This document shows, piece by piece, positions 58,501 through 64,000 of a stretch of 64,000 nt of DNA (position 1 is its first letter; every line of letters begins with the position of its first letter). The notes below the pieces were generated by a model that searched no databases, had not been told where the DNA came from, and saw nothing but the letters and a program-made list of their open reading frames with translations. This DNA comes from Oikopleura dioica (taxonomy: Eukaryota > Animalia > Chordata), in the NCBI GenBank assembly GCA_907165135.1, contig OU015568.1, forward strand, positions 9,362,001 to 9,426,000, given 5' to 3'. Position numbers and translations under genes: made by a program.

Positions 58501-58982
58501 ACAGATCCATACAGTAGAAAAGAACCAGGGCATTTTGACGAATTCGAGGCATTCGTGTCGAACATGGCCAAATCCATGGCCTGCTTTTTCTGGAGAATCC
58601 TCAACGTTAATCGCCAAATTCCCGAAAAAATGTGATGAATGCGTTTAAAATTTCCAAAGAGATAAAATACCTGGCTGAGTGACGCTTCTGAAAGCACTCT
58701 GAACGTGGAACTAAGATAAGGTGAACCCCCCCCCTTATTATATCTTTTCAACAATAATAGGTTTCATTCCCACGTGATCCAGTTTTTTCGATTTTTCAAA
58801 GACCTTACTCTCTCAAAAAAATGATTTTAGAAGAAGCTTCCGTTTTTTCAAAGATCGCATAATTTTTCCATGAACATGCTTCTTCAAACAAGACGCGAAA
58901 AATCCCGATTTTCAACCGCGTTCTTCACTGATTTGTGATTTCTTGCCCTGAATCAAGATTTTTAAAAGGTTCATTTTTCTAG

Positions 58983-61900
58983 TTTGCGATCATTACATCC
59001 ACTGCGAAAAGCCAGGAAGCGGTGCTGTTCCCCACGTGATGCCCTGCTCTCCTGGGACTGTTTGGAACTCGATCGAGGTAAGGGATTATAAAACGGAGCT
59101 CTTGGAGGACTTTGACAGACGAATCATGATGCATTTCCTGATCAGCCGTATCCACAACTGCTGTTTTGTCTCATGTCTATCACTTTGTCTGATAGACACG
59201 GAGTCTAACAAACAATACAAACGTGAGAAGGGTAGATCCTTACCTTCCGTCTTCAGGGATTTTGCGACCACGCGTACAACACTCCTCCTCCCTGTGGAAC
59301 TCTGGAAACTGGCGAGCCAACTCATGAAGATTGCAAACAGGAATCAGGAATAACAAAATCATCCCTCCATTACACAAAATTAAAAAGAAACAAGCGCTTG
59401 AAGGGATAGAATTTCAGCAGTTCCAAGTGACTGCGTAATTTGATAATCTCCACTTGACAAAAACAAAAAAACTGCTTGTTGGTCAGCGGTCTAAGACTCT
59501 TAGAATTTGGCTTTTAAAAAGGGCCGTTCCATTCAGATTAGCTGCGGATAGTTTCGCCAGGAGCGTAAGAGCCTGAGCTTATGATCAATCTTCAATCAAG
59601 CGCATAATGTCGAGTGTGAAATCAAAGTAATCCTGACGGATAGGGCGATGGCGTTTATGCGCATCATCATAACTGCGAAGAATACTTTATCTGGTACGGG
59701 ATTATGAGGACTAGAATCGGCTTAACCTTCAATTCGTCGTAGAATTAAAGTCATAATCCCGCGTCTTAAAGCTACATGGGCCAAAAGTACTTCGGAAAAT
59801 GCCCAGGTACAGCAAAAATTGTCAAAATTGAAACTCATGAATGAACTTGAATAAGGTTTCAACGCTTTTCTCATAAATTAAATAAGGGTATCGCTACGTT
59901 AACTGCAGAATATATTCCTTCATTTTAGGGCTCTCTCCACAATTTGCCCATCTTTCAAAAATTACCCGAGGATGGTTTATTTTCACGTTTTTTCCGATAA
60001 GGCTCTCTGCCATTTCCAACACCTGAAGCTCGCTTATCGCACTGACCTGTAACCGAGGAGACTTTCGTATGTAGACAAAAGAACGTGAGCGGATTTTAAT
60101 GACGCGGCCGCGTTTCTTCTCCTTGGAAGAGATCCTCATTTTAGAAACTTTCTCTTGCGTCATGTAAAAATTGCTTTGACGTCAGTATTATTTGATGGCG
60201 AGTAAATTCTAGCGGAAAGAGCGGTTGAAGATTTCCATTTCTTCTCCCGGGAACAGGGACGAAATTCAAAGATCAAGTCAGCTTATGCGCCACTTTTGCA
60301 ATTGCTCAAAATCACGTTGCACTGTTGAACTTCGTTAAAGGAATATAATTCTGGTTTTCTGATTGGCCGGAGATTGATAGCGCCATCTAGAAACAGCGCC
60401 ATGTGTGTTTATTACACCGTATTGTAAATACGGTAAACAGCCAAAAACAAAAATTTTGATAGATTGTCTTCGAAGATTTGATTGGCTTGCAAAGAAAATT
60501 AAGAGTTCTAATTGGCTGAAGCTTGATTGCTAGAAATTTTTGCATAGTCGACTGTTTCTTCGATGATTTTTTCGATTTTTCATAGAAAGTCTCTCATTTC
60601 TTCGAGATAAAGGGTTAATGGCTATAGTATCAAACATTGCTCTCTTAGCCCACCAGGTGGTGAAATGTATTTAAGCTGGGTTCGGATTTGATCAGGTGGG
60701 AAAAATGTGCTCGGATGATCTCTTCGTGACGTCTTACTACTGCAACCCCACAAAGGTAAGATTTAGCCCATTTAGCGGAGAAGGGTAAAGACGAATAGAA
60801 AAGATCAATAAAGGGATAAATTTGCTTGGCTCAAGTAACCAGCGTCTAACGTGCCGGCTTTAGAAGGTTTACGGAAACCCGGTCACCACCCAAGCGATGG
60901 CTTTCTGCGACGAAAAGGAAGACGGATATTATGTAAATCCAGGTGAGCGCAATTTTTAATCCAAAGATCAAAAAATTGAAAAAAAATCCTCAAAAGCAAA
61001 AAATCTCTCTAAATTCAAAATTTTCGAAAATATTAATACAAAAACAAAGATGAAAAACCGCACAAGTGACGTGCAAGAGGGCTCTTTATAAAAATTTTCC
61101 TTGAAGAAAAAAAGTTAGATAAGAAGAGCGAGTTGAAGAGCGTTTTCATTTCTTCATTATTTTTTGGAAAGTTGGAAGTCAAGAACTTCCGGAAGTAGAG
61201 AACAAAGGACCAACTCACGACTGGCTACTAATTGACAAGATCATTAGAAGCTACAGCCAGGGAGGAAGTTTAGAACACGCATGCCGGATTCTTTGATTTT
61301 TTTGGTTTTTAAAAATTTTTTCTCTTAGGTGTTTGCGGCCGATATATCAAGTGCTGGAGCCAAATCGGAAGTGAATTTGCCTGCGAATCTGCACAGAATT
61401 TACTTGACGAGACTCTCGTTTGGAATCCAAGAAATCGGTCAGAAAATCGAACTTGATGCTAATCGCGAATGCTAATGACTCAAGCAAGACAACTTTAGAA
61501 GGTTTCTAAATAAGAGCGAGTCCCTGGGAATGATGCTCGTGGAATGTTTCTTATTACTGGAGGAATTCCAATAGGAGCATCAATTCGAGCAATTTTCTCG
61601 CGGGGCAGGCGCATTTCTCAGCTTGTTTTAAATTCGAAGGCCGCGGCGATTTTCTTTGAAGTTTTAATTTTAAAAATTTCAATGAGTTGATTTAAAAATT
61701 CTGATCGATCAAAGTGAACAGACCTGCGATCATCCTGCTACTCTTGGTGATCAGGAACGGATAATTTCTCCAAAAGAAGTCTTTTTTAGAAATCGAGGTT
61801 CTAAAAACCATTTTATTCGGTGACATTTTCCGCTGTTTTTGACAGCAGATCTGTCCCTAGCTCAAAATGCAGAGGGGAGGTCTTGATGAAAAAGCTCTGG

Positions 61901-63511
61901 GTTCTTTCTTATTGTCTTCATGCTAATTTAACAGGCGTACTCATGTAAATTGTTACAGATAAAAAGGGGTTCCGGAGACAGTTGAAAATAAACAATGGCC
62001 GTTCCTTAGAAACACTTTCTTTCTCGGCTCATTTTCTAGGGCTCATTTACATAACCCTCCTAAGAAACATTGACTCATCAAGAAGAAGTTGAAGGATCGT
62101 TTAGTCCACGTCCGAATTGAACCACAATTGGCAGCTGTGCCGGAGCTGGTAATGCTCACCTTCTCGGGCGCCTTGCCCAGTCCTGGCGGTATAATTTTCT
62201 CCCTTCTCATTTTTGATGAATCGACTCCAATTTCTCGCCGGCCTCTTTTCTGATAACTTATCCAAATATTCTCAATTGACGACGTGGGGCACTAGAATTT
62301 CAAACCGCAAGTTTTGGGAGTTGTAATTTTATAAAATAAATATTAATCAAATTAGTACCTCCTAATTAAAGGGCCAATGATAATGCGTTTGGTGATCGGG
62401 AGACCCTTAATTAATGAAAGAGTGACATTAATTAAAAGTTAATGCTTTTAGTGTTTATTGTCATTTCTCGCGAATTGACACTCACTGAGTGTCACCTATT
62501 TAACGAAAATTTGACGATGATAAAAATGAAAGAGTACACGCATGGGGAAAGTGTTGATGCAAAAATAGGGATCTGACGTGGGAACGCGTGAGTGTTATCT
62601 TTACTAAAGACACGATCTTGTTTAAGTCAAGCTGATTCGATTGGTTTGGAGGAGCTTCTTGTCATGGCTTGAAAATATTTTTTTTTATTTAAAAAGGCTT
62701 ATTTTTAGAAGCCTGCATAAAGGCGTTATTTTATTGGCTTGAAATGTTGGTGGCGCTGTTCGTGCTTAATTTAGTATCTGATTGGTCGATAAATTCCGAA
62801 TAAGATAATGTCGGTCGCTCAACCAATAAGATACCCAATAAAATTCAAACAGCGCTACCAATTATTTCATACAATGAAATTTCGTATTCGCATGAAATTT
62901 TCAATCCTTGAAAGACCCCATGGAGCTGTGCCAAAGAAACGGCCCAGGAATGTACGCTATTGAGGGACAATGCGAGCAGTACGTTCAGTGCTACGACTCT
63001 GCACTGATGGGTGGCCGCGGCGGGCGCGTCAAAAAGTGCTCCACTGGGCTGGTGTTCGACGCCGAGACCAAAGGCACGTGTTAAACATCCTCATTAAAAT
63101 TCTCAAATAATCGCTGCTCTAGTCTGCGACTTCGCCGAGAATGTTAAGGGTGCCTGTCACAACAACAAGCCCGCGTACAATAAGGGCGAGAAACCGAACG
63201 TCCCCGAAGAGGTAAGAGCTCTAGAATGACCTAAATGATGCCCTACTCAAAGCGCGCTTAGCATTTTTATCGAACAAAAGCCGCGCTCGATGTTTTATTT
63301 TCGATATTTTCGGGAAAAAGGGAAATCCGATTGACTTGCGATAAAAAATATTGAGCTCGGGGAAGAGTTAAGTAATTTTCAGATAAAAAATAACGAAACT
63401 TTTCAGGAAGAAATTCTCGAGGACCAGTGGATCAACGATGCGGACGAGTTTTGCAAACAAAATGGAGTGGGAACCCATCGCCATGCGAATGACTGCTCTG
63501 TTTTCTATGTG
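58983..63511 (+). CDS. Multi-domain chitin-binding (CBM14/peritrophin-A) protein, partial; continues beyond the window
   Basis: Exons 58983-59077 (CDHYIHC..PCSPGTVWN), 60676-60755 (GFGFDQVGKMC), 60867-60942 (FCDEKEDGYYVNP), 61329-61437 (CGRYIKC..C..LVWNP), ~62910-63072 (LCQRNGPGMY..CEQYVQC..CSTGLVFD), ~63123-63211 and 63407-63511 (FCKQNGVGTHRHANDCSVFY). Confidence 0.85.
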
Positions 63512-64000
63512 TAAGTTGTCAGCGATTTTAAGGGGGAAGACCACCATAAAACGAATTTTCGGCCGAAAAAATTAAATCAATTTTTAGATAAATACAAGAT
63601 TGAAATTATTTCTAGCTAAAAAAAAGGGTGCGCTAAAATCTTTGTTTTCTTATTTGTCTTTTTTTCGATTCGGTATTCTTCTATTTCATAACCCTTGTTC
63701 CAGCTTTACCTCAGTATTTTCTCCTACAAGTAGCGTCGTAATACAGCTGCAGCTAAAGTTGTCGCCTTTGATCTAAAATTACAAAAGAAGAAAAGGCGGA
63801 GATAAATGACATTATGTACGGTTAGCGAAAAAGATGCTTGTAGACAAGATTTTTCGGCTTCTGTTTTTTACGCGGTGCCGACAGATGCCAGATTAGATAA
63901 TCCTTTCGTTAAACGTGAGAGAGCTTTCTAAACATCGAGATAAAGTTATATTTCACCTTAACTAACCATGTCCCGAGTCCAGAATTTGAGAAATCGGCTA

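Noticed and set aside
1-64000. tRNA, rRNA, SL RNA or retrotransposon (RT/integrase) genes
   Set aside because: None recognised by eye. A tRNAscan-SE/Infernal run would be needed to exclude small RNAs.

Overview
Eukaryotic, gene-dense window with very short introns (many 38-60 nt) and frequent non-canonical GA-AG/GC-AG introns. This architecture points to a larvacean tunicate such as Oikopleura dioica (inference). Recognisable genes: DDX1, ADPGK, an NPAS1/3(trachealess)-like bHLH-PAS factor, PDS5, two tandem ApoD-like lipocalins, a PIM-like kinase, an intronless GH31 alpha-glucosidase, a type II transmembrane serine protease, an LU+~14xCCP secreted protein, a C3HGC3 RING protein, small PY-motif membrane proteins and a multi-CBM14 chitin-binding protein that runs off the right end. 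Four TIR DNA transposons have visible target-site duplications. They are an apparently intact MULE inserted in helicase motif VI of DDX1, two foldback-type non-autonomous elements (one in a coding exon, one just upstream of a lipocalin) and a TTAA-flanked GG...CC element. The most novel-looking signal is missing from the ORF track: three tandem three-exon micro-genes (52.4-53.6 kb) encoding 55-56 aa secreted precursors with a conserved amphipathic C-terminal peptide. There is also a tandem trio of unrecognised acidic 'MPP...HPL' proteins. All exon structures and translations were worked out by hand; no database searches were run.
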